Source: an uncultured Gemmatimonadales bacterium (GTDB lineage Bacteria > Gemmatimonadota > Gemmatimonadetes > Gemmatimonadales > GWC2-71-9). Taken from it: a DNA stretch of 64,000 nucleotides. The stretch lies in NCBI GenBank assembly GCA_963798915.1, contig CAWCVB010000005.1, forward strand, positions 313,291 to 377,290. The letters are read 5' to 3'. Each line of letters starts with the position of its first letter. The first letter of the stretch is position 1. Both the position numbers and the translations under genes were made by a program. The notes beneath the pieces were generated by a model that had not been told where the DNA came from, did not search any database, and saw only the letters and a program-made list of their open reading frames with translations. This document shows positions 49,809 through 60,260 of the stretch, in pieces.

Positions 49809-51203
49809 TCAGATGTGGATGACGCGACCCATCGAGTCGAGGCACGCCTCGGCGACGGCTTCGCTCAGCGTCGGGTGGGCATGCACCGCCAGGTCCACTT
49901 CCTCCACGGTGAATTCGTTTTCGCGTGCGACGGCGAGTTCGTGGATGATCTCGGAGGCGTGGCCGCCCACAATGTGGGCACCGAGGATTTCCCCGTACTG
50001 CTTGCCTCGAATGACCTTGACGAATCCCTCCGTTTCGTTGGTGGCTCGCGCCCGCCCATTGGCGCTGAAGGGGAAGCGACCAACCTGATATGCCAGCTTC
50101 TGTTCCTTGCACTGGTCTTCCGTCAGGCCGATGCTGGCGACTTCGGGCTTGCAATAGGTGACGCTGGGAATGTTGTCGTACTTGATGGCTGGCGGCTGAT
50201 GGCCTGCGATCCGCTCGGCCACCACCACGCCTTCACGGCTGCCCTTGTGGGCCAGCATCGGGGGGCCTGCGACGTCACCGATGCAGTAGACGCCCTGGGC
50301 CGTGGTTTCGAGCGTATCCATGTTGACCTTGACGAAGCCGCGGTCGGTGAGTTCGATCCCGGCCTCCTTGAATCCCATGTCCTCCGTATTGAGGGCGCGG
50401 CCGGCTGCCATGAGGACCTTTTCCGCCTCAACGGTCTTCTTGTCGCCGCCGACCTCCAGCGCGAGCGTCACCTTGTCCTTGCCCACCTTGGCCGAGGTCA
50501 CCTTGGCGCCGGCGTAGATGTCGATGCCACGCTTCGTATAGCTCTTGCTCACGGCCTCGGAACTTTCGGCGTCCTCGATCGGGAGGATGCGAGGCAACGC
50601 CTCGATCAGCGTCACCTTGGTGCCGAAGGCATTGAAGATGTCAGCGAATTCAGTACCGACGGCCCCGGCGCCGACGATCGCCAATGTCCGGGGCGCAGAC
50701 TCGAGAAACAGTGCTTCGTCGGAGCTGATGACCGTGCTCCCGTTGAGTTCAAGCCCGATCTGGGGGATGCCCTTCACCCGCGAGCCGGTGGCGAGGACGA
50801 GTGCCTTCTTCGCCTCGTGTGTGTCCTCACCCACCTTGACCTTCCGACCCGGCAGCACGGAGCCGGTGCCGTTCAGGACCGTGACCTTGTGCTTCTTCAT
50901 GAGGAACCCGACGCCCTTTGAGTTCTGCTCCGAGACCTTGCGGGAGCGTTTCATGGCGACGCCGTAGTCGGTCTTCATTTCGCCCGTCGAGATGCCGAGG
51001 TCCTTGGCCTCATGCGCCAGGACGCGCGCGATGTACGCGCTGTACAGCAGGGCCTTGGTCGGAATGCAGCCGATATTGACGCAGACGCCGCCCAGTTTGT
51101 CCTTCTCCACCACGGCTGTGGCCAGGCCGAGCTGCGCGGCACGGATGGCGCACACATAACCGGCCGGGCCGCCTCCCAGGATGATGACATCGAATTGTGC
51201 CAC
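49809..51203 (-). CDS. lpdA: Dihydrolipoyl dehydrogenase
   Basis: GGGPAG, GGVCVNIGCIPTK, HAHPTLSE. Confidence 0.96.
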   Translation of the reverse strand: MAQFDVIILGGGPAGYVCAIRAAQLGLATAVVEKDKLGGVCVNIGCIPTKALLYSAYIARVLAHEAKDLGISTGEMKTDYGVAMKRSRKVSEQNSKGVGFLMKKHKVTVLNGTGSVLPGRKVKVGEDTHEAKKALVLATGSRVKGIPQIGLELNGSTVISSDEALFLESAPRTLAIVGAGAVGTEFADIFNAFGTKVTLIEALPRILPIEDAESSEAVSKSYTKRGIDIYAGAKVTSAKVGKDKVTLALEVGGDKKTVEAEKVLMAAGRALNTEDMGFKEAGIELTDRGFVKVNMDTLETTAQGVYCIGDVAGPPMLAHKGSREGVVVAERIAGHQPPAIKYDNIPSVTYCKPEVASIGLTEDQCKEQKLAYQVGRFPFSANGRARATNETEGFVKVIRGKQYGEILGAHIVGGHASEIIHELAVARENEFTVEEVDLAVHAHPTLSEAVAEACLDSMGRVIHI

Positions 51204-51234
51204 GGGTGTCCTCGATCGTAAGCGTAGGTCGTAG

Positions 51235-51284
51235 AGGTCAAGGGCCAGCGGTCAATGGTCGACAGTCAACCGTCGACTGTCACC
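51235..51284. repeat. Degenerate 7-mer inverted array (GGTCAAY.. / GTCRACC..)
   Basis: ggtcaag ggccagc ggtcaat ggtcgac agtcaac cgtcgac tgtcacc; related to the 26900 array. Confidence 0.55.
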
Positions 51285-52584
51285 ACACCATCGCCAGCGG
51301 GTTCTCCAGCATGCGCTTCAGTGTCTGCAGGAACCTGGCCCCGGTCGCGCCGTCGATCACACGATGGTCGCATGACATGGTCACCTTCATCCGCCTGCGC
51401 ACTTCCAGCCCGTCCGCTGCGGGCACCGTGCGCTCGGCAATCCGGCCGATGGCAAGGATGCCGGCTTCGGGCGGATTGATGATTGCGGTAAATTCATCGA
51501 TGTCCAACATGCCCAGGTTGGACACGGAGAAGGTGCTCCCACTGTACTCCTCGGGCGTCAGCCGGCGGTCGCGGGCGCGGGCCGCCAGGTCCCTCGCCTC
51601 CGTTGCGATCTCACGAAGCGACTTGAGGTCCGCGTGCCGGATGACGGGCGTGATGAGGCCATCCTCGATCGCCACCGCCATGCCGATGTGCACCTCGTTC
51701 CAATAGCGGATATGATCATCCTGCCACCAGCCATTGCATTCAGGATGCTGCCGGAGCGCCAGCGCGGTGGCCTTGATGACGATGTCGTTGTACGAAATCT
51801 TGCCTTCGCCCAACGTGTTGATGGCATCCCGCGCCTCGGCGGCGCGTTCCATGTCGATGTCGGTCGTGAGGTAGAAGGTCGGCACCGGCCCGATTGACTG
51901 GACCAGCCGGCGGGCAATGGTCTTCCGGATCTGGCTCAGCGGGACATCTCGAAAGGGCTCACCCGGGGGAACGAGCGGAGCCCGCGCGGGCGCCTTCGCG
52001 GCGGCCCCGGCCGGAGCCGCAACTTCCGCCGATTCGACGTCACGCTGCACGATTCGGCCGGCCGGCCCCGAGCCGCGCACGCCAGCGAGGTCGATGCCGC
52101 GTTCCTGCGCAATGCGTCGAGCCAGCGGGGAAGCTTTGACCCGCGCCCCAGCCGGACCTGGCGCCGCCGCCGCCGCGACCGGTGCCGCTGCCGGGATGGG
52201 TTCGGCGCGGCGCTCGGGGCGCGGCGCTTCGACCGGTTCCGGACGTGTCACGCCGCCGGTGGCGGTGGGTGGGTTGGCGGCCGGCTCCTCGGTCGCCGGC
52301 TGGCTCCCGCCGGCCTCGGTCGGCGCTCCATCGCCCACTGCCTCGCCCGGCTGGCCGATCCACCCGACGGTCTCCGAGACCGGCACGGTGGCGCCCGTGG
52401 CGGCGACCTGCTTCAGCAGGGTGCCGTCCGCACGCGCCACCAGCTCCATCACGGCCTTGTCCGTTTCGACGTCCGCCAGCACGTCGCCGACAGCCACCGT
52501 GTCGCCCTCCTTCTTCTTCCATTCAACGAGGCGCCCTTCCTCCATCGTGGGCGAGAGCGCCTCCATGACGACTTTAGTTGCCAT
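51280..52584 (-). CDS. pdhC: Pyruvate dehydrogenase E2, dihydrolipoamide acetyltransferase
   Basis: LSPTMEEG, VETDKA lipoyl Lys, ASPLARR, DHRVIDG. Confidence 0.95.
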   Translation of the reverse strand: MATKVVMEALSPTMEEGRLVEWKKKEGDTVAVGDVLADVETDKAVMELVARADGTLLKQVAATGATVPVSETVGWIGQPGEAVGDGAPTEAGGSQPATEEPAANPPTATGGVTRPEPVEAPRPERRAEPIPAAAPVAAAAAPGPAGARVKASPLARRIAQERGIDLAGVRGSGPAGRIVQRDVESAEVAAPAGAAAKAPARAPLVPPGEPFRDVPLSQIRKTIARRLVQSIGPVPTFYLTTDIDMERAAEARDAINTLGEGKISYNDIVIKATALALRQHPECNGWWQDDHIRYWNEVHIGMAVAIEDGLITPVIRHADLKSLREIATEARDLAARARDRRLTPEEYSGSTFSVSNLGMLDIDEFTAIINPPEAGILAIGRIAERTVPAADGLEVRRRMKVTMSCDHRVIDGATGARFLQTLKRMLENPLAMVW

Positions 52585-52631
52585 CGTATCCATCGTGGGT
52601 CATGAGTCGTGGATCGGGTGCCGCACCGGCA

Positions 52632-53615
52632 TCACTCATCGAGGTAGAGCACTTTCCTCGCGGCCGCGACGACCGTATCCGGGTCGGGCTTGGCGGCCTT
52701 CTCGAGGGCGCGGTTGTAGGGCATGGGCACGTCGGCCTGGGTGATCCGCAGCACCGGCGCGTCGAGTTCGTCGAAGATCTGTTCCTGGATCTCGTACACG
52801 ACCTGCGCGCCGACGCCGGCAAAGGGCCAGCCTTCTTCGACCACGACGCACCGATGCGTCCGGGCCACCGAGTTGAGGATCGTCTCCGTGTCCAGCGGGC
52901 GGATGGTGCGCAGATCGAGCACCTCTGCCGCGACGCCCTGCCCGGCAAGCTTGTCGGCCGCCTTGAGCGCCACCGACAATGTCTTGGAGTGGCAGACAAT
53001 CGTCAGGTCCCGGCCCTCCCGCTTGATCTCGGCCTTGCCGATGGGCGTGGTGAATTCGTCCTCGGGCACCTCACCCTTGGTGTTGTAGAGCATCTCGCCT
53101 TCCATGAACACCACCGGGTTGTCGTCCCGGATGGCGCTCTTGAGCAGCCCCTTCGCATCTGCCGGTGTGGCGGGCGCAATCACCTTGAGCCCTGGCACGT
53201 GGGCGTACCACGACTCGAACGCCTGGGAGTGCTGGGCGCCGAGCTGCAGCGCGGCGCCGCCCGGCCCACGGAACACGATCGGGCACCCGATCTGGCCGCC
53301 CGACATGTAACGGACCTTGGCGGCGGCATTGACGATCTGGTCGATCGCCAGGAGCGCGAAGTTCCACGTCATGAACTCGATGACAGGACGGAGGCCCGTC
53401 ATGGCGGCACCGACGCCGATCCCGGTGAACCCAAGTTCGGCAATGGGTGTGTCCACCACCCGCATCGGGCCGAATTCTTCGAGCAGCCCGCGGCTGACCT
53501 TGTAGGCGCCGTTGTACTCGGCCACTTCTTCGCCCATCAGGAACACGTTCTCGTCCCGCGCGAGTTCCTCGCGCAGCGCCTGGTTCAGTGCATCACGGTA
53601 GGTGAGGACGGTCAT
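52632..53615 (-). CDS. pdhB: Pyruvate dehydrogenase E1 beta
   Basis: [25 protein letters not shown]. Confidence 0.95.
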   Translation of the reverse strand: MTVLTYRDALNQALREELARDENVFLMGEEVAEYNGAYKVSRGLLEEFGPMRVVDTPIAELGFTGIGVGAAMTGLRPVIEFMTWNFALLAIDQIVNAAAKVRYMSGGQIGCPIVFRGPGGAALQLGAQHSQAFESWYAHVPGLKVIAPATPADAKGLLKSAIRDDNPVVFMEGEMLYNTKGEVPEDEFTTPIGKAEIKREGRDLTIVCHSKTLSVALKAADKLAGQGVAAEVLDLRTIRPLDTETILNSVARTHRCVVVEEGWPFAGVGAQVVYEIQEQIFDELDAPVLRITQADVPMPYNRALEKAAKPDPDTVVAAARKVLYLDE

Positions 53616-54640
53616 CAGGCGCCCGCTTCCGGCGCGTAGACGTTGGTGCGCAGCTCGCTCAGGTCCGGTTCCGGGGATTGCTCCGCGAACTGCTCGGCGT
53701 CGGTTACCTCCGCGGCGACCTCTTGCTCGAGTTCGGCCATGGCCGCATCGTCCAGCAGACCGGCTTCGCGAAGCCGCGCCGCCAGCACCTCGATCGGGTC
53801 GCGCTTGCGGTACTCGTCCACTTCGTCCCTGGTGCGGTAGGTCCCGTGCGCGGCGTCGGACATGGAGTGGCCGACGTAGCGATAGGTCCGGATCTCCAGC
53901 AGCGTCGGCGCCGAATCCTCGCGGGCGCGCCGCACCGCGTCGTCCGTGGCACTCTTCACCGCGACGACGTCCTGGCCGTCGACGACCACGCCGGGCATGT
54001 TGTAGCTTGCCGCGCGCTCGAACAGATCGGTGATGGCCGACGCGCGCCCGACGGCGGTACCCATGCCGTAGCCATTGTTCTCGATCACGAAGATGGCTGG
54101 GAGCCGCCACAGGCCCGCCATGTTCAACGTCTCATGGAAGGCGCCGATGTTGGCTGCGGCCTCCCCGAAGTAGCAGAGCGACACCTGATCGGTGCCGCGG
54201 TACTTGGCCGAGAAGGCAAATCCGGCTCCCAGCGGAATCTGGCCACCCACAATGCCATGCCCACCCATGAAGTGGAGCGAGGCATCGAAGAGGTGCATCG
54301 AACCGCCCTTGCCGCTGGAGCATCCCGTGGCCTTGCCATATAGCTCTGCCATCACGCTGCGCGCCGAAATGCCGCGCGCCAGCGCCTGGCCGTGCTCGCG
54401 ATACGCGCTCACGACGTAATCGTCTTCGCCCAGCGCCGCGAGCGTGCCCACGGCCACGGCCTCCTGCCCGATGTAGAGATGACAGAAGCCACCGATCTTG
54501 CCCAGGCTGTACGCCTCGCCCGCCTTCTCTTCGAACCGCCGGATCAGGAGCATCTGGCGCAGCCAGTGACGCCATTCCCTGGCGGTGTCGTCATTGACGC
54601 CCTTTTCCTTGCGCGACCGTGTTGCCGTTCCTGCCATCAC
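53615..54640 (-). CDS. pdhA: Pyruvate dehydrogenase E1 alpha
   Basis: [28 protein letters not shown]. Confidence 0.95.
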   Translation of the reverse strand: MMAGTATRSRKEKGVNDDTAREWRHWLRQMLLIRRFEEKAGEAYSLGKIGGFCHLYIGQEAVAVGTLAALGEDDYVVSAYREHGQALARGISARSVMAELYGKATGCSSGKGGSMHLFDASLHFMGGHGIVGGQIPLGAGFAFSAKYRGTDQVSLCYFGEAAANIGAFHETLNMAGLWRLPAIFVIENNGYGMGTAVGRASAITDLFERAASYNMPGVVVDGQDVVAVKSATDDAVRRAREDSAPTLLEIRTYRYVGHSMSDAAHGTYRTRDEVDEYRKRDPIEVLAARLREAGLLDDAAMAELEQEVAAEVTDAEQFAEQSPEPDLSELRTNVYAPEAGA

Positions 54641-55563
54641 ATGGTCCTCTGCTGGGCCCGGGCATGGTCGACCTGCGCCCAGGCATGGTACGAGCTGCGC
54701 GTGAGGGGGCTTGCTTCGACATGGGCAAAGCCCATGCGGCGTCCCGCCTCTGCCAGTTCGGCAAACTCCTCAGGGGTGTAATAGCGGGCGACCGGCAGGT
54801 GGCCATCGCCTGGGCGCAGGTACTGCCCCAGGGTCACGATATTCACGTCGGCGCGCCGCAGGTCCCGCAGGCAGACCAGGATTTCATCCCATTCTTCACC
54901 CATGCCCAGGATCATGCCGCTCTTCGTCAGGGCGCCTGGCCCGCCCAGCGTCCGCGCGTTGCGCAGCAGCTGCAGCGCCCTCCGGTAGCGGCCACCCGGC
55001 CGCGCCAGCCGATAGAGCCGGTCCGCTGTTTCCAGGTTGTGATTGAGTATGTCGGGACGGGCGTCCATGACTATGCCCAGTGCCCGACGCGAACCCTTGA
55101 AGTCGGGAACGAGCACCTCGACCGACGTGTCCGGCAACCGCCGCCGGATCTCGGTAATGCAGCCGGCAAACGCCTCGGCGCCGCCGTTGGGGAGGTCGTC
55201 GCGGTCCACCGAAGTGATCACGACGTGCTGCAGGCCCATCTGCGCCACCGCCTCGGCCAGCCGGGTTGGCTCCAGTGGGTCGAACGCCTTGGGCGTGCCG
55301 TGCGCCACCGCGCAGTACGTACAGTTACGAGTGCAGACGTCGCCCAGGATCATGAACGTTGCTGCACGGTGCTCCCAGCACTCGCCCATGTTGGGACAGC
55401 GCGCCTCCTCGCAGACCGTGTGCAGGTCCAGTGTGCGCATCACCTGCTTGAGGTGCGCATAATTGGGCCCGCCAGGCGGCTTGATCGTGAGCCAGCCCGG
55501 CTTGCGCGCCGGGGCCGAACGAGCGGCCGGAGCGCGCGTCAGCTGTACCAATGGTGCCGCCAC
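54637..55563 (-). CDS. lipA: Lipoyl synthase
   Basis: CEEARCPNMGEC, CTRNCTYC, RSSYHA. Confidence 0.97.
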   Translation of the reverse strand: MAAPLVQLTRAPAARSAPARKPGWLTIKPPGGPNYAHLKQVMRTLDLHTVCEEARCPNMGECWEHRAATFMILGDVCTRNCTYCAVAHGTPKAFDPLEPTRLAEAVAQMGLQHVVITSVDRDDLPNGGAEAFAGCITEIRRRLPDTSVEVLVPDFKGSRRALGIVMDARPDILNHNLETADRLYRLARPGGRYRRALQLLRNARTLGGPGALTKSGMILGMGEEWDEILVCLRDLRRADVNIVTLGQYLRPGDGHLPVARYYTPEEFAELAEAGRRMGFAHVEASPLTRSSYHAWAQVDHARAQQRTM

Positions 55564-55661
55564 TCCATCTCCTCAGTCCGAAGTCCGGACGGAGCGTCCG
55601 AAGGCCGGAAAAGTAGTCGGGCTGGGGAGGGTTTTGTATGGGGACGGGCAGCAGGACGGAC

Positions 55662-56837
55662 TCAGAAAAACAGCATCATTCCAGCCGCCAGGCCCATCGA
55701 TCGGTTGGTTGCCGACGCCGGATTGTCGTCGAGGCTCCACGCTTCCGTCACTTCACTCACCAGTTTGAGTGAGCGGGTCGCCTGATAGTAGGCGCCAAGC
55801 GTGGCGGCACGATTGATCGTGCGGAATGCGGGCTCACCAGGCGCCGACGAGAGGCGGCTTGCGCCCAGCGCCGCGCCCAGGGTGAGCGGCCCCATGCGGG
55901 GTTGCAGCGTCACCTGGCCGTAGACCCCGGCGCTTCGGCGTAGCGCCGCACTGGTGCTGTCCGCCGTACGCCCATCGCGAAACAGCAGCGTGGTGCCAAT
56001 GCCGCGTCCGGTGTAGCCCTGCAGCGAGAGCGCGAGCGCTCGATACTGGAGCCGTCCGCCGACCGAGGTGCCCCAGGCCGTCGCACTGGCGCCCAGATGG
56101 GTGTCCTTCTGCGGTTGCACCAGGCCCGAGGCCCACAGCGAATTCCCGTCCCGTTCCCACTGCACCTCGCCCTCGACGCGAGGGGCGATCAATTCGTCAA
56201 ACCCATTGTTGCTGCTCGGGTCGAAGAGCGCCAGTGTGACCTGGAGCGGCCGCTCCGCTGGCGAGCTGTAGGCAAACTGCGCGTTGAAGCCGGGATAGAT
56301 GTAACCAAACCCGCTATGTCCCCGCGTCGTGCCGCCGGGGTTGCCGGCGATGCCGCCCGTCGCGCCGGTACCGAACAGCGACATGTCGCTCAACATGCTC
56401 TGGCGGCCGAAGACGCCCACCTCGCGCCCCGCCAGCACCCGGCCCCAGGTGCCAGCGGCCGAGACGTATGCCTGGCGCAGGTCGATCCGCGCGCCAAGGT
56501 CCTCGCCATCGTCGTGGCCACCCGCGGTCTGAATGACCGGTGCAAGGCCGAAATGTGCCGTGAGTTCCGTGACGCCCTCAGTGCCCTTGGCATCGAGCAC
56601 CGCAAAGGCCGGCAAGTAGCCCGACCGGATGGCGGAGCCCTGGTGGCCCACGCCGACCTCAGTGCCCGGCGTGGCGACCTGACCGCCGTCACGTTCGTGC
56701 TCGAAGACGTAGAACGCGCCGACGTTGCCCGCAAACGTGAAGGTCCAGCCATCGGGAGTGGCCAGTTGAACCTGGGCATGCAGCTTGGCGACTGCCGTCA
56801 GGAGCAGCAGCATGCAGCCCAGCACTCTTGGCATCAC
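55662..56837 (-). CDS. Putative general porin
   Basis: Signal peptide, DLRQAY..GTWG..LAGR, beta-strand pattern, C-terminal Phe. Confidence 0.75.
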   Translation of the reverse strand: MMPRVLGCMLLLLTAVAKLHAQVQLATPDGWTFTFAGNVGAFYVFEHERDGGQVATPGTEVGVGHQGSAIRSGYLPAFAVLDAKGTEGVTELTAHFGLAPVIQTAGGHDDGEDLGARIDLRQAYVSAAGTWGRVLAGREVGVFGRQSMLSDMSLFGTGATGGIAGNPGGTTRGHSGFGYIYPGFNAQFAYSSPAERPLQVTLALFDPSSNNGFDELIAPRVEGEVQWERDGNSLWASGLVQPQKDTHLGASATAWGTSVGGRLQYRALALSLQGYTGRGIGTTLLFRDGRTADSTSAALRRSAGVYGQVTLQPRMGPLTLGAALGASRLSSAPGEPAFRTINRAATLGAYYQATRSLKLVSEVTEAWSLDDNPASATNRSMGLAAGMMLFF

Positions 56838-58012
56838 GGTTCTCCCAGAAGACGTGTGATGTATGAGTGAAATGCATCGCGCTGCTGCTGGTGCATGGCG
56901 CCGGTGCTGGCCCCGTAGAATCCCGCGTAGACCCGGCGAACCCGACCATCCCGCCCGAGGAAGATCGACGTCGGGTAGGAGGTGAAGCCATCGAGCTGCG
57001 GTAGCGTTGCCGCCGTGGCTTCGACCGTGTTGGTGCCGCCCAGCGCAAGCGGGAAGGGAATCCGGTGTCGCGCCCGGTAGCGACGGACCAGTGCGGCATC
57101 GACCGCGGTGTCGCCCGACACTTCATAGGCAATGCCCACGATCTCGAGTCCCCTCGAGTGAAATTCGTTCCACAGCGCGACCAGCTCCGGCGCTGCCTCC
57201 TGGCAGGTGGGGCACCAGGTGCCGAAAATGTCGATCAGCACCACCTTGCCCTGGAACCTTGGGTCGCTGCTGCGCACCATCCCGCCGTCCACACCTGGGA
57301 AGGCAAACTGAAACGGCGCGCTGGTGTCGGCGCGGGTCATGCTGGTCGGCCGCTTGAGGTGCGGCCGCCCCGAGCTGCGGACCGCCGTGAACGGCGTCTG
57401 GGTGCGGAGCCCCGCGTGGAAGGTGCCGCGCAAGGTATCGCCGTCGAGGCGCGCCGTCACCAGATAAACAAACGAGCCATCAAAGTGGGCCATGACAATG
57501 CTGTCACCAGCCGCGTGGCCGGCAAACCGGCCATAATCGCCGGTGTTCGCGACGACGGTTCCCTCGAATCCGCCGGGCGTGTTCTGGAAGAGCAGGAGCC
57601 GCGGGCTGCGCCGCTCCCCCGTCACGAAGGTGGCGTCCCAGCTTCCCACCACCGCGCGGGGCGCTTCGCTCCGCGGAAAGGCACCCCGACTCGCGTGGAA
57701 GGGAATCACCCGCGGGCCTCGGTTACCCACGTTGCGATACATGCCGGCCAACGTGTCGCCAACGCAGCGCGCGCCAATGGTGGCCGCATAATCTGCCATC
57801 TCGAAAATGACCGAGTCGCCAACTTGCCGAACGCCGCTCAGCCGCTCGCAGGAACCCGCATTGCAGATCTGCCCCGCCGTCCCGCTGTCATCGATGCGCA
57901 GCACAAACTCGAGTTCGCCGCCGGCGAGAGAAAGCGCGGCCCGCCAGGGGCCATCCAGCGAAGTTCCGCAGGGGAGCGCGAGGGCAAGCCCGAAGAGCAC
58001 CGAGTTCATCAA
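56834..58012 (-). CDS. TlpA-family disulfide reductase with an N-terminal beta domain
   Basis: GKVVLIDIFGTWCPTC, YPTSIFLGRDG. Confidence 0.85.
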   Translation of the reverse strand: MMNSVLFGLALALPCGTSLDGPWRAALSLAGGELEFVLRIDDSGTAGQICNAGSCERLSGVRQVGDSVIFEMADYAATIGARCVGDTLAGMYRNVGNRGPRVIPFHASRGAFPRSEAPRAVVGSWDATFVTGERRSPRLLLFQNTPGGFEGTVVANTGDYGRFAGHAAGDSIVMAHFDGSFVYLVTARLDGDTLRGTFHAGLRTQTPFTAVRSSGRPHLKRPTSMTRADTSAPFQFAFPGVDGGMVRSSDPRFQGKVVLIDIFGTWCPTCQEAAPELVALWNEFHSRGLEIVGIAYEVSGDTAVDAALVRRYRARHRIPFPLALGGTNTVEATAATLPQLDGFTSYPTSIFLGRDGRVRRVYAGFYGASTGAMHQQQRDAFHSYITRLLGEP

Positions 58013-58821
58013 TGCTCGAGGTACTGCTCGCCAGCCCGGATCGGCGCATCAATGGTGTTGCCGCGCCAAGGAGCAGGACAGGCGTAGGCAGAACTGTACG
58101 AACAGAACGGATTGCGTGCGCGGTTGAAGTCAAGACGCCAACCGCGGGCTCCTGCCGGTATGAGTGCCACAAAGCGACCCGCGGGATAGGTCCCCTGACC
58201 GTTGGTTCCGTCTCGGAAGTAGATCTCGAGATCCGCCTCATCGGTCGCTGGATCGGGAAGGCGCAGCACTGCGAGACGCACATCGTGTCCATTGATCGGC
58301 ACAAGAACGGAGCCCGCCTCCTCGGCCAGTACCTCGACGCCATCCGGTGACAGTACGGTGCGCCGACGAGTCGAATCGGGTGGAATGAGGCGGCCGACGA
58401 AGCTGAGGCTCGGGTCGAATGGGTACCAGGCGGGCCGCCCCCGTGCCCTGGTGCTGTCGAAGATGGTCACTACCGGGCGATCCGCAGTTCCATTGGCGAC
58501 CAGCAGGTAATGTCCCGCGCGCACGGGCCGTCCGCGCGACATGGCCTGACGACCCTGCGGTCCGACCAGCTGCATCGAGCCACCTGTCGTCGTGACCTGC
58601 AAGGACCCGATGCCAGGAAGGGCGAGGTCGGCATCGGCCGGACCCAGCTGAAGACCGGAGCCGACCGGCAGCTGCGCCACGGCGGCATAGGGAGAAATCG
58701 GCGATTTGGCCAGCCACGTCGCAAAGGCATCGCGCTCGGCGCGAATGAGGGCCGGCTCCTGCGCCGGAAGCTGGCCGGCGACGATGCAGAGGAGGGCCAG
58801 CACTGCACGGGGCTGATTCAC
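58009..58821 (-). CDS. DUF1684 domain protein, secreted
   Basis: FRDGTNG..TYPAGRF, LDFNRARNPFCSYS..YACP. Confidence 0.88.
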   Translation of the reverse strand: MNQPRAVLALLCIVAGQLPAQEPALIRAERDAFATWLAKSPISPYAAVAQLPVGSGLQLGPADADLALPGIGSLQVTTTGGSMQLVGPQGRQAMSRGRPVRAGHYLLVANGTADRPVVTIFDSTRARGRPAWYPFDPSLSFVGRLIPPDSTRRRTVLSPDGVEVLAEEAGSVLVPINGHDVRLAVLRLPDPATDEADLEIYFRDGTNGQGTYPAGRFVALIPAGARGWRLDFNRARNPFCSYSSAYACPAPWRGNTIDAPIRAGEQYLEH

Positions 58822-58858
58822 AAGTGGGGCTCCCGGAAGTTCGACTCACGATGCGCGA

Positions 58859-59962
58859 CTACCACACCCACATCCGTGCTGGATCGAGCACCTTGGCGTG
58901 TTCGTGTACCGGCTCGCCGCGAATCATCTGCTGCAAAAGGATGGCCGTAATAGCCGCAAGCAGGATCCCGTTCCTGCCATGGCCAGTCGCATACCAGAGA
59001 TGACCGAGGTCCGGCGCAGGCCCGACGAGAGGCAGTCCATCAGGTGTGACTGGCCGCAGACCGGCCCAGCTGCGGCTTTCAGGACGAGCACCGAGCGGAG
59101 GGCAAAGTTCCCGCACGGATGCCCAGATCCGTTGCTGGCCAATGTCGGTGACAGAAGCGTCAAAACCGGCATACTCCATGGTCGAGCCAATGAGGGCCTC
59201 GCCTCCGCGCGCCAGGACGTACGCGTGTTGATGATAGAGAATGGCTCGCCGCATGTCGGACGGCCAGGTGAAGGCCGCCATCTGTCCGCGCACGGGCTCC
59301 ACCGACAAAGGGCGGGGCAAACCCTCGAGGCGCCCGGACCAGGCGCCGCCCGCCACGATGATGTCGTCGGCCGCAAACCGGTCGTCGGCAATGACCGCCG
59401 TGGCCCGGTCCCCATCCCGCTCGAGGCGCGTGGCGGTGCGGCGGAGAATGGTTGCGCCGTGCTGCACGGCGTCGGCCAGCAGCGCATTGACGAGGCTGAC
59501 CGGATCGAGCGCGCCATCCAGGGGAGACCAGAGCGCGCCCAATGGCGCGCGCAACCAGGGCCACTGCTGCCGGACCTCGCCCGCATCCAGCCAGTCGCAC
59601 CGGTGTCCCTGTTGCCGCTGCCATGCCACGTCCGCCTTGAGGCCGGTCGCGTCGGCTTCGTCGAAGGCAACCCGGGCGATACCCTCGCGCCAGAACCCCA
59701 CGTCGATGCCGGTGGCATCCTGAAGCTCCGCCGCCAATTGCACATACCGGTCGCGGCTGGCGACGCCCAGCTCGTAGAGTGACTCGCTCTTGTCGCTCTC
59801 GATCTGGGGCGCAAGCATTCCTCCCGCCGCGCGCCAGGCTGCCCCGGCGACGTCGGGGCGGTCCAGGACGAGGACCCGGCGCCGCTCGCGGGCGAGTTCA
59901 CGGGCACACGCTGCCCCTATCGCGCCGCCCCCGATTACGATAACATCATAGTTGGAAGCCAC
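58859..59962 (-). CDS. thiO: Glycine oxidase ThiO / DAO-family FAD oxidoreductase
   Basis: IGGGAIG, AAGGMLAP, PVRGQ, GLRP, TGHGRNGILLA. Confidence 0.82.
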   Translation of the reverse strand: MASNYDVIVIGGGAIGAACARELARERRRVLVLDRPDVAGAAWRAAGGMLAPQIESDKSESLYELGVASRDRYVQLAAELQDATGIDVGFWREGIARVAFDEADATGLKADVAWQRQQGHRCDWLDAGEVRQQWPWLRAPLGALWSPLDGALDPVSLVNALLADAVQHGATILRRTATRLERDGDRATAVIADDRFAADDIIVAGGAWSGRLEGLPRPLSVEPVRGQMAAFTWPSDMRRAILYHQHAYVLARGGEALIGSTMEYAGFDASVTDIGQQRIWASVRELCPPLGARPESRSWAGLRPVTPDGLPLVGPAPDLGHLWYATGHGRNGILLAAITAILLQQMIRGEPVHEHAKVLDPARMWVW

Positions 59963-60036
59963 TTAGTGCCTCGACGAAACTTAATGAAACATCGGGGCGT
60001 ATGGTGACGCGACCGGCCACCTCGGAGGAAAATAGC

Positions 60037-60249
60037 ATGGTCCGGAGCATACTCGGCTTTTCGATTTTCGCGTTCGTCGGCGTACTGGCGATGAAGTTGG
60101 TGCTCGGGTTGTTGGGCGGCATCCTGTCCCTGATCGTTACCATCCTGATCTGGGCATTCTGGGGCTGGGTGTTCTATCTGATCCTCAAGGCGGTCGCCCC
60201 GGATACGGCGGCGCGGCTCCGCGGCGTGATCAGCGGCAAGGCGGACTGA
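60037..60249 (+). CDS. Small 2-TM membrane protein
   Basis: GGAGG RBS; two hydrophobic helices. Confidence 0.75.
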   Translation: MVRSILGFSIFAFVGVLAMKLVLGLLGGILSLIVTILIWAFWGWVFYLILKAVAPDTAARLRGVISGKAD

Positions 60250-60260
60250 CCAGCGCTTCG

